From: a plasmid
Reading direction: 5' to 3' (one strand)
DNA: 64,000 bases
Sequence record: NZ_CP023785.1
Numbering within the stretch: the stretch's first letter is position 1; every line of letters starts with the position of its first letter. The notes beneath the pieces were generated by a model. The model worked only from the letters and a program-made list of their open reading frames with translations. It had not been told where the DNA came from and searched no databases. Position numbers and translations under genes: made by a program. Shown here piece after piece: positions 1-7,727 of the stretch.

Positions 1-126
1 AATAATCAAAAAGCTTCCGTACCAATGACTGGTAGCAACGGTTTCCAATCTTACGTATTGATCTCTTGCTTGTTGCTTGGGGCAGGCGCAATTTCTGCAG
101 TTGTTTACTTTAAGAAGAAAGCCTAG
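1..126 (+). CDS. 3' end of an LPxTG-type (VPMTG) cell-wall-anchored surface/pilus protein (partial, start outside window)
   Basis: Frame 1 translates to ...NNQKASVPMTGSNGFQSYVLISCLLLGAGAISAVVYFKKKA*. That is a sorting motif, a hydrophobic segment and a basic tail, i.e. a classic C-terminal cell-wall sorting signal, lying directly upstream of a sortase gene. Confidence 0.6.
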   Translation, partial: NNQKASVPMTGSNGFQSYVLISCLLLGAGAISAVVYFKKKA

Positions 127-138
127 AAGGATCAGCTA

Positions 139-891
139 ATGATTATCAGACACCCTAAGAAAAAGCGAATCATGGGTAAATGGATCATTGCTTTCTGGTT
201 ACTTTCAGCTGTTGGTGTCTTACTTTTGATGCCTGCTGAAGCGAGCGTGGCGAAATACCAACAAAATCAGCAGATTGCCGCAATCGATCGAACAGGAACG
301 GCAGCAGAAACGGATTCTTCTTTGGATGTTGCTAAGATTGAGTTAGGCGATCCTGTTGGTATTCTTACAATTCCAAGTATTTCTTTAAAACTACCAATTT
401 ATGACGGAACTTCCGACAAAATTTTAGAGAATGGTGTAGGGATTACGGAAGGAACTGGCGATATTACAGGAGGAAACGGTAAAAATCCTTTAATCGCAGG
501 GCACAGTGGACTTTATAAAGATAATCTTTTCGATGATTTGCCTTCAGTTAAAAAGGGAGAAAAGTTTTATATCAAAGTTGATGGTGAGCAGCACGCTTAT
601 CAAATCGATCGGATTGAGGAAGTGCAAAAAGACGAACTACAAAGAAACTTTGTCACTTACTTAGAACCAAATCCCAATGAAGATCGAGTAACGCTAATGA
701 CATGTACGCCTAAGGGGATCAACACACACCGTTTCCTAGTGTATGGGAAGCGAGTAACCTTTACAAAATCAGAATTAAAAGATGAAGAAAATAAGAAACA
801 AAAATTATCTTGGAAATGGCTTTTAGGAAGTACTGTTTTTCTTTCAGTCATGATCATTGGTTCGCTATTTGTTTATAAAAAGAAAAAATAA
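139..891 (+). CDS. srtC: Class C (pilus-associated) sortase
   Basis: Has an N-terminal signal/TM and the catalytic TLMTC motif (VTLMTCTP). A C-terminal hydrophobic anchor followed by KKKK is typical of class C sortases. It sits between two VPxTG-anchored proteins. Confidence 0.8.
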   Translation: MIIRHPKKKRIMGKWIIAFWLLSAVGVLLLMPAEASVAKYQQNQQIAAIDRTGTAAETDSSLDVAKIELGDPVGILTIPSISLKLPIYDGTSDKILENGVGITEGTGDITGGNGKNPLIAGHSGLYKDNLFDDLPSVKKGEKFYIKVDGEQHAYQIDRIEEVQKDELQRNFVTYLEPNPNEDRVTLMTCTPKGINTHRFLVYGKRVTFTKSELKDEENKKQKLSWKWLLGSTVFLSVMIIGSLFVYKKKK

Positions 892-906
892 AGGAGGGTA
901 ACCAAC

Positions 907-1668
907 ATGAGAAATAGAAAATGGCTATTTGTTTGTGCAGCCGCTCTTTTTTCTTTCACTGCCTACACACAGTTGACGTTTGCAGACAGACAAGAAAGCA
1001 CGGATAGCACAGAACAAACAATCCAAACGTCAGATAGCAGCACGATTCAAAGCAGCGATGAAACCGTCGATTCGTCAACAGTTGATTCTTCAGAAGAACC
1101 TAAAATTGCTGAAGACGATCAAATAGTCAAACAGACCATTCACGTTCAAAAAATTATTTCTTCCGAACAATTAGACAACCAGGGGCAAAAGCTTGAAAAA
1201 CAAGAAGGAGTAAATGGCGCGAAGTTTTCTGTTTATGATGTATCGGACATTTTACAAAAGATGGATGTTAAGGATCTCACTACTGACCAAATTGAATCCC
1301 AATTAAAAGATCGAGTGAAAAAACTATCCAGTGATCAACTGAAGCTAATTTCTAATGGAGAAACAAAGACAATTGATCAACAAACAGGTGTCTTTGAATT
1401 CTCGGTAGAAGTACAGGCAAATCAGAAACAAGCTTATTATATTGTCAATGAATCAAGTCCTGAAAACATTTCTAATAGCGAGGATATTTTGCTATTAACA
1501 CCTGTTTCTGATAAAAATGGTGAATTCTTAAAGGATGTGTGGATTTATCCTAAATCAGAAGCTTCGCAACCTAAAGAAGAAGTAAAAAAAATCGTATCTA
1601 CTGGCGTAAAGAAAAACTTCTTTGAGAATTGTTGGGATTTTGTTACTCACTTGTTTTCTAGAGATTAA
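907..1668 (+). CDS. Secreted pilin-like protein with pilin motif (WIYPK) but no sorting signal; possibly truncated
   Basis: Has a signal peptide and an acidic Ser/Thr-rich N-terminus, with a YPK pilin motif near residue 210. It ends 40 aa later at a single TAA. The next ORF (1681) is in the same frame 12 nt downstream. Confidence 0.4.
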   Translation: MRNRKWLFVCAAALFSFTAYTQLTFADRQESTDSTEQTIQTSDSSTIQSSDETVDSSTVDSSEEPKIAEDDQIVKQTIHVQKIISSEQLDNQGQKLEKQEGVNGAKFSVYDVSDILQKMDVKDLTTDQIESQLKDRVKKLSSDQLKLISNGETKTIDQQTGVFEFSVEVQANQKQAYYIVNESSPENISNSEDILLLTPVSDKNGEFLKDVWIYPKSEASQPKEEVKKIVSTGVKKNFFENCWDFVTHLFSRD

Positions 1669-1680
1669 GGAAGAAATAAA

Positions 1681-1941
1681 ATGAAACTGATCAAATTATT
1701 ATTATTCAATTTTTCTTGTTTAACCGCAGTCTTTTTGTACTGCGGTTTATTATTTTCTAAACTATCTATTTTGCCAAGCTACCAACTATACCTAATGAGG
1801 ATTTTAAACATACCAGCTGCTTCCATGCCGCTAGATATTATGGAAAAGCTCATTAGGAATCCATTATTTACTACGATCAATTTGATCGTTATTGTCGGAA
1901 TTTCACTAGTCATTTATAAAAAAGAGGGGATGAAGGGATGA
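1681..1941 (+). CDS. Small hydrophobic membrane protein (possibly remnant of preceding gene)
   Basis: 86 aa with two hydrophobic segments. In frame with 907..1668 across one stop codon. Overlaps the next gene by ATGA. Confidence 0.3.
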   Translation: MKLIKLLLFNFSCLTAVFLYCGLLFSKLSILPSYQLYLMRILNIPAASMPLDIMEKLIRNPLFTTINLIVIVGISLVIYKKEGMKG

Positions 1942-4028
1942 ATTTTAAACACTCGTGGACAAGACGGTTAAAATATGTTTTTCCCATAATGATGATGTTA
2001 GGTACATTGTTTGGGTTAAAAACAGCCAATGTCTTTGCTGAAAAAGTTATTGTCGATCCGTCAAATCCAATCCAGAACGTAAAGAATAATTTTATTATTC
2101 CAAAAGATGTTCCTAATGCAAAAACAAATATTACTGTAAACGGAGCGTCAAAAGTTTACAAATATCATGTTGATGCCAACAAAGGTGGTTTTACAGACGA
2201 CTACGTAGGATTAGTGGAGGGAAACAAAAATATACGCTATCCTTCTTTCCAAAAAGAATACGGTGAAACAAACCTTGTTTTAGAAGGCGTAACAACCAAC
2301 ACCAAAGTCAATATTGACTATGGAAAAATCGGTACGTATAACGGGAAAAAAGTCAATATCAAGCTAGTTCTATCTAATATTCACTTATACTCGGATACGT
2401 TGCCGTGGAATCTACTAGATAACAACTATACAAAAACTCATTTTCGAGACGATGGCTATAAAAATACGAATGGTGCAATGAGTAAATCTAAAAAAAGAAC
2501 AGTACTTTGGATCTCAGACAATCTTTTCTCAGGAATTGTTTACCATTCAACACAAATGAATGTGCAGCTAGTAGCCACATATGAGGACGGTAGCCCCGTT
2601 CAATTTTCAGGAGATACATTTATCAGTTTTAACTCTTTGAACCCTGCAGGAGGAAAAAGCACGGATCTTAAAGGAGAATATGCCCACTATGACAAAATGA
2701 ATACGACAGATTGGTATGTCAGAAAAGATACGGTTCTTTCAGAATTTAAATCTTTCTACAACAATCTGAACGTGGTAGGTGGCCACCCAGGAGGAAGCTC
2801 TAAGCTGACACAAGCGGATAATGATTTCAATAATTTGCATGATAAATTAGGAGATCCGAAGTTTGGTCAAGGTACTGTGTCCTTTAAAATATCTGAAGCA
2901 AATCCGACGTTTGTGATTGGTTCTTCTAATGTTCAAACCTGGTTTACTTTATCTTCTGCGACAATCTTTAGTGTTGTTCCTGATCAACCTGAAAAAACAG
3001 GGGTTGATAAAAATGGAAATAACGTGAACGATAAAATGTTGCAAGTAGGAGACACGATTCAATATCGAATCAAACAGAAGGTGAATCGATTAGGAGTGGA
3101 TTTACTAGCGGTTTACGATCGATTTGAGTTAATCGATAATTTACCAAAAGAAGTAAATTACGTCGATGCACACGTTGAAAGTGGTACAAATAAAAAATTC
3201 GATGTATCTGGTGAAGTGACCTATGACAAAACAAAACACCAGGTAAAATATGCAGCGAAAGCTGATACATTAAAAAATCGAATGAAGTATAACGGCGAAA
3301 CTTACGAATTAGTGATCAATGTAAAAGTCAATGAATTGGCCAATCAAAATAGTGTAGCCAAAAATCAGGGAACGTCGATCATTAATAAAGTAGAAAAGGA
3401 TACAAATATCATTACCGTTTATTTCCCTAAAATTCCAGTGAAAGAAGTACAACAAAATGGAAAAGATGTAAACGGACGAAATGACGGTAAGAAGGGTACG
3501 CCGACAGCTCCTTTAAACGCAGGATCTGAAGTACAATATCTAGTCACACAAAAATGGCACACAAAAGGCGTAGACGCTGCGTCAGATCACTACAAACAAT
3601 TTAGTATTCAAGATCCAATTGAAGCTCGTTTGACATATAAAGAAGGTTCTGCGCAAGTAATAGATAAGAGTAAAGGAAAAGATATTACTTCTGAAGGCAC
3701 ACTAACCTATGATAGCAATTCAAGAACGCTGAAGTGGGAAGCTTCCGCTGACTTCTTAAATAACAATCTTTTAGATGGACGAGAAATTCAGCTGATATTT
3801 ACAGCTAAAACTCCATTACAATCAGAAAAAAATATTGATAACCAAGCCGTAGTAGCAGTAGATAATGTTTCTAATAAAACAAATGTTGTGACAATTGGGG
3901 TTGATCCTAACTTGCCACAAGTTATTGTTCCTAAAACAGGTTCTACACATTTAGTAACGATTTTAGCGGTCAGCTTACTATTACTTGTGTTAGCAACTTT
4001 TGGCTACGCAGTTCTGAAGTTCAATTAA
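1938..4028 (+). CDS. Large VPKTG-anchored surface protein (pilus subunit/adhesin candidate)
   Basis: 696 aa with an N-terminal signal peptide. The C-terminus carries VPKTG, a hydrophobic stretch and KFN, which is a cell-wall sorting signal. The gene is adjacent to a class C sortase. Confidence 0.65.
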   Translation: MNFKHSWTRRLKYVFPIMMMLGTLFGLKTANVFAEKVIVDPSNPIQNVKNNFIIPKDVPNAKTNITVNGASKVYKYHVDANKGGFTDDYVGLVEGNKNIRYPSFQKEYGETNLVLEGVTTNTKVNIDYGKIGTYNGKKVNIKLVLSNIHLYSDTLPWNLLDNNYTKTHFRDDGYKNTNGAMSKSKKRTVLWISDNLFSGIVYHSTQMNVQLVATYEDGSPVQFSGDTFISFNSLNPAGGKSTDLKGEYAHYDKMNTTDWYVRKDTVLSEFKSFYNNLNVVGGHPGGSSKLTQADNDFNNLHDKLGDPKFGQGTVSFKISEANPTFVIGSSNVQTWFTLSSATIFSVVPDQPEKTGVDKNGNNVNDKMLQVGDTIQYRIKQKVNRLGVDLLAVYDRFELIDNLPKEVNYVDAHVESGTNKKFDVSGEVTYDKTKHQVKYAAKADTLKNRMKYNGETYELVINVKVNELANQNSVAKNQGTSIINKVEKDTNIITVYFPKIPVKEVQQNGKDVNGRNDGKKGTPTAPLNAGSEVQYLVTQKWHTKGVDAASDHYKQFSIQDPIEARLTYKEGSAQVIDKSKGKDITSEGTLTYDSNSRTLKWEASADFLNNNLLDGREIQLIFTAKTPLQSEKNIDNQAVVAVDNVSNKTNVVTIGVDPNLPQVIVPKTGSTHLVTILAVSLLLLVLATFGYAVLKFN

Positions 4029-4037
4029 ACAAAAAAA

Positions 4038-4060
4038 CAAGGCTGAAAATCAGCCTTGTT
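4038..4060. terminator. Bidirectional rho-independent terminator between convergent genes
   Basis: The hairpin AAGGCTGaaaatCAGCCTT is flanked by T-runs on both strands. It lies between the stop at 4028 (+) and the stop at 4064 (-). Confidence 0.6.
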
Positions 4061-4063
4061 TTT

Positions 4064-6121
4064 CTATTTGAAAATGGGATTGGCACTAATAAATACGTTG
4101 TCTGAAGAAAGTGATCCGTCTGCAGAAACTTCATAAGCATGGGATAAACCAACGATACTTTGATTGTTGTAAAGCAAGTTTGCGTTATGAGCAGCGCTAT
4201 CTTTCCACATAACCATAGCATTTACTGCTCCTGTATCTGAAAGGATCTCGTCAACGTAAAGGTAGAAACTATTGATATTTTCTCCTTTAGCACCGTAGCA
4301 GCCTAAGCTTTCTAAGAGATCTTGGAAAGTACCGCCGCCAGGTCGGTAATGACTGAAGCTTACTTGTAATTCTTTTGCACGAATATCTGCAGCTTGTTGA
4401 ACGATATCATTGAATTGCATTGGGGCAACGCCATTTTGTTGACGGTAGCTATTTAACCAAGCAAGTTCTTTTTGACGCACATAGTTGTTTAAATCACTTA
4501 GTGAGATATTTTTGTATTTGAAAGTGATCGTTCGATTTTGGTCAACATTATTGATTACACGTTGTCCATTTTTATCAACGGTAACAGATGAATCGTCATT
4601 TCTACACAAGAAGTAGTTTTGATCGGTCATATTTTTCCAAGAAGTAGAGAAACTATCTCCCTCGTAAACCGTTTGTGTTTCAGTAGATAAAACAGCGTTT
4701 GTGTCAACGTTTATATGGTTCACAGTGACGTTGTATTGATGAGTATAGGCAAAATTGATTCCTTGATTACTTGTAACGTTGTTTAAAGTCACAGTGTTGC
4801 TAGAGCTTTCTCTAGGATCAAGAACAAAATTAGTGAACATAGGTGCTTCAATTGTGATGCTTTGTCCATAAACGACGGGATAACTCTTACTGTAATTATA
4901 GAGTTCTTGGATATTTGGATCAGTATCCGAGACTTTATTTGGACGAGCTTTCACTTCAACTAGAAAGACTTCATCATAGTAAAAAGTAAATGTGGTATTT
5001 GTGTTAATCGTTTGTGTTTGTGTTTCATTCCCATTTACTTGATACTGTGGTGCTTCAAAGTTAGTCAAGTCGGTTCTAGCTTTTGCAGTGTAACTTGTAC
5101 CAGCTTTTACTGAGACATGTTCTTCTTTTAGCAGCGTTCCAGTTTGTCGATTCATATGACGGACAGTTACCGCATATTCTGAAGGTTTAGGTTTGTGTTG
5201 TAACCCTTTAAATGCAGAATCAAGACTATTTTTAGCATTATTTACTTGGGTTTGAGAAGCTTTAGAATCGTCTAGTACTTTTTTAGCATTGGATAAAGCA
5301 GTCTGAAAATTATTCCAAGATCCTTCTGTAAAATCTCCTTTAGCAGTTGATTTTACTTGGTTGTACAAGGCTTGTAATTCCGTTTTGTTCACAGTAGGAG
5401 CTGGTTTTTTCTTTAATCCCTTGTAAGCAGAATCTAATGTGTTTTTGGCACTATCCACTTGTTTTTGAGTCGCTTTTGAGTCATTTAACACTTTTTTAGC
5501 ATTGTTTAAAGCGGTTTGGAATGCGTTCCAGGTATTGTCGGTATAGTCACCTTTTTTAGTTCCCTTAACGCTCGTATAAAGAGCTTCTAAAGCTGATTTA
5601 TTCACTTTGGGTTTAGAGGTGTCAGCACCATACCAACCAATACCTTCGTATTTCCAGCCATAGTCTTTGGTTAACCATTGTACTTCTTTCCAACTTGCAG
5701 TGTAGTGATGCGAACCAGAGGTAACACCTGGAAGGAAAAGGCGGTAGATCGGTTTATTATTTTTTTCGGCAGAACGCCAGGCAGGCCCTTCATAAGTCCA
5801 ACCGTAATTTTTGGTCAACCATTTCACTTCATCCCAACTAGCTGTGTAATGGTGATCACGAAGGCCTTTATTGTATAAACGATAGACAAGGTGGCCACCG
5901 CTAGTCGGTGCTTCCCAAGCGGGGCCTTCATAATTACCCCACTTAATTTTCACTAGGTGATCACGTTCTTTTGTGCTAGAGGTGTAAAAATGTTCATGGT
6001 TATTTGGATTATAAAGGCGATACATGACGTTAGTTGAAGCAGCGTCAGCAGATCCAGCAAGAGCAACTGTGGCAGCAAATGTTCCAATAGCTATAACAGT
6101 TTTTGGGTTTAATAATTTCAT
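4064..6121 (-). CDS. Secreted multidomain protein: tandem ~45-aa YRLYNP...HFYT...GW.YEG.AW repeats, two FIVAR-like repeats, C-terminal CAP/SCP domain
   Basis: Has a signal peptide (MKLLNPKTVIAIGTFAATVALAGSADA). Carries 3-4 tandem repeats of the YRLYNPN-HEHFYT type and two ~90-aa repeats of KGD(Y/F)T..WN.FQTAL.NAKKVL.DSKA.Q.QV. The C-terminus has HYRPGGG...GENI, a CAP-domain signature. An AGGGAG RBS lies 8 nt upstream of the ATG. Confidence 0.6.
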   Translation of the reverse strand: MKLLNPKTVIAIGTFAATVALAGSADAASTNVMYRLYNPNNHEHFYTSSTKERDHLVKIKWGNYEGPAWEAPTSGGHLVYRLYNKGLRDHHYTASWDEVKWLTKNYGWTYEGPAWRSAEKNNKPIYRLFLPGVTSGSHHYTASWKEVQWLTKDYGWKYEGIGWYGADTSKPKVNKSALEALYTSVKGTKKGDYTDNTWNAFQTALNNAKKVLNDSKATQKQVDSAKNTLDSAYKGLKKKPAPTVNKTELQALYNQVKSTAKGDFTEGSWNNFQTALSNAKKVLDDSKASQTQVNNAKNSLDSAFKGLQHKPKPSEYAVTVRHMNRQTGTLLKEEHVSVKAGTSYTAKARTDLTNFEAPQYQVNGNETQTQTINTNTTFTFYYDEVFLVEVKARPNKVSDTDPNIQELYNYSKSYPVVYGQSITIEAPMFTNFVLDPRESSSNTVTLNNVTSNQGINFAYTHQYNVTVNHINVDTNAVLSTETQTVYEGDSFSTSWKNMTDQNYFLCRNDDSSVTVDKNGQRVINNVDQNRTITFKYKNISLSDLNNYVRQKELAWLNSYRQQNGVAPMQFNDIVQQAADIRAKELQVSFSHYRPGGGTFQDLLESLGCYGAKGENINSFYLYVDEILSDTGAVNAMVMWKDSAAHNANLLYNNQSIVGLSHAYEVSADGSLSSDNVFISANPIFK

Positions 6122-6167
6122 GTTTTCAACTCCCTATTAAATGATTAAATATTTTGTTTACATTCAT

Positions 6168-6203
6168 AATATACCACGGTATACCGAGGTAGTCAACGGT
6201 ATA
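6168..6203. promoter_or_regulatory. 13-bp perfect inverted repeat operator overlapping the promoter of the 4064..6121 gene
   Basis: The repeat is CCACGGTATACCG-N10-CGGTATACCGTGG. On the minus strand it overlaps a TTGACT-17bp-TATATT promoter upstream of the AGGGAG RBS. Confidence 0.5.
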
Positions 6204-6265
6204 CCGTGGAAATTTTGAAATAAAAAAGCCGCCCTATGAAGAGTGTAAGGATGGCTGTTTATATG

Positions 6266-6457
6266 CTATGAAGAAATGGATTCGGCGTATTTGGTTAGTT
6301 TGGCAGCATTATCAAATCGCATTTTTTCAATCGCACTTTTTTTCTTTATTAAATCCGCAATTGTTGATTCTGCGACTGAAGAATGTTTGCTAATTTCATA
6401 TGCTGTCTTGCCAGTTTCAAATAGTAACCATTCGATTTTCTCTTTATCAGCGTACAT
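6266..6457 (-). CDS. Small helix-turn-helix DNA-binding protein
   Basis: 63 aa. The segment TGKTAYEISKHSSVAESTIADLIKKK has an HTH-like pattern. It lies upstream of the operator-bearing promoter. Confidence 0.4.
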   Translation of the reverse strand: MYADKEKIEWLLFETGKTAYEISKHSSVAESTIADLIKKKSAIEKMRFDNAAKLTKYAESISS

Positions 6458-6644
6458 TGCAATGCTCCCTCTTGATTTTTTCTTTATTATAGCTCTTTTT
6501 TGTAATAAATCACAATATCAAGAGGAAAAGTTTCTATAGAAAGGTGGGAAATTATGAGTATCCGTTCCCCGTGTATCAAAATGAGGTTTGTTGCTACTTT
6601 CGTTATTTAATATACTAAAATAAAACAACGAAAGAAGGAATAGA

Positions 6645-7100
6645 ATGAAAAAGTTAATAATGGTATTTACTTCGTTGATTGCCATGATTGTTATTTTAGG
6701 TGGATGTGGTAGTGAAAAAAATAAGCAAGATAGTCAAGATAATGGCGTGTTAAAACCAGGAACAGTGTGGAAAGAAGAAGTAGGCGGACTTGTTCATAAT
6801 TTAAAAATTATAGATGATACAACATGGGAATATTCCGAAAGTGTTTGGCATCCTGAACAAGTACAAATAACAGTTGAGAAGCTAAAAGACTATAAAGGAT
6901 TAGAAAGATATAAGGTAATCGATTCAGGTGGAGTAGATTTATTCATAGGTAAAACAGCCTTAATAGTTCCCTATAACAAAGACGGTTTAGAAACGTTTAA
7001 ATTTATTCCAACAAACGAAAAAGAACATCGAGATAAAAGTGAAATATTAAAAGAATACAGTACTAAATCTGGATACAAGTTACAAAAGACTAGCGAGTGA
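6645..7100 (+). CDS. Lipoprotein
   Basis: Signal peptide with lipobox LGGC (MKKLIMVFTSLIAMIVILGGCGS). A GAAGGA RBS is present. Confidence 0.6.
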   Translation: MKKLIMVFTSLIAMIVILGGCGSEKNKQDSQDNGVLKPGTVWKEEVGGLVHNLKIIDDTTWEYSESVWHPEQVQITVEKLKDYKGLERYKVIDSGGVDLFIGKTALIVPYNKDGLETFKFIPTNEKEHRDKSEILKEYSTKSGYKLQKTSE

Positions 7101-7138
7101 TTGCTAGTCTTTTTATTTATCCTGAAGGAGGAATCGCA

Positions 7139-7339
7139 GTGGCAAAAGCTAAAACGCCATTTGAAAAAGCCGCGTCTAAAATCTTAGAACGTCGCGGTGT
7201 ATCTGAAACACAGTGGAAACAAGAAGTCCTTGAAAAAGCACAATTTGACCTATTACGGGGAAAAGACAAGGACTTAGAAGGATATATCTATCAACGTGAA
7301 CGTGAAAAGCTTGTTTTCGATGAAATTATTAAACACTAA
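7139..7339 (+). CDS. Hypothetical small protein
   Basis: A GTG start has a GGAGGAA RBS 7 nt upstream. The listed ORF start at 7097 lacks an RBS. Confidence 0.35.
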   Translation: MAKAKTPFEKAASKILERRGVSETQWKQEVLEKAQFDLLRGKDKDLEGYIYQREREKLVFDEIIKH

Positions 7340-7356
7340 AAGGAGCGAACAATTTT

Positions 7357-7659
7357 ATGTTTGAATCAATTACAATGAATTTTTTAACACAACCGAAAGT
7401 AGTAGCTGCGGTTGATATTTTTAGAGCATTACAAGGTGCAGCAACTAGTTTAAAAAACAATCTGATGATTTTTGCGGCTGTAGCTGCCGTTGCCTCCATT
7501 GTTCTTGGGGGGATTTTCTTCTTCTTTGGCCGAAGAGGAGCTGAAAACGGGAAGATGCACGTAGGTTATGTATTGATGGGGGTAGGAGTTATATTAGCTG
7601 CCGCCTCTATTGTGGTTTCGTTATTTGGAATGTTTGGACAAACCCCACAGGGACTATAA
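7357..7659 (+). CDS. Small two-TM membrane protein, VirB2-like pilin/T4SS component candidate
   Basis: 100 aa with two hydrophobic helices, roughly VirB2 size. Placement in a T4SS cluster and an AAGGAG RBS support it. Confidence 0.35.
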   Translation: MFESITMNFLTQPKVVAAVDIFRALQGAATSLKNNLMIFAAVAAVASIVLGGIFFFFGRRGAENGKMHVGYVLMGVGVILAAASIVVSLFGMFGQTPQGL

Positions 7660-7671
7660 AAAATAAATAGA

Positions 7672-7710
7672 AGGAGTAAAAAGTACGTGGCTACTTTTTA
7701 CTCCTTTTTT
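7672..7710 (+). terminator. Rho-independent terminator
   Basis: GGAGTAAAAAGT-loop-ACTTTTTACTCC is followed by TTTTTT. Confidence 0.6.
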
Positions 7711-7727
7711 ATGAAAGGAGAATACTC

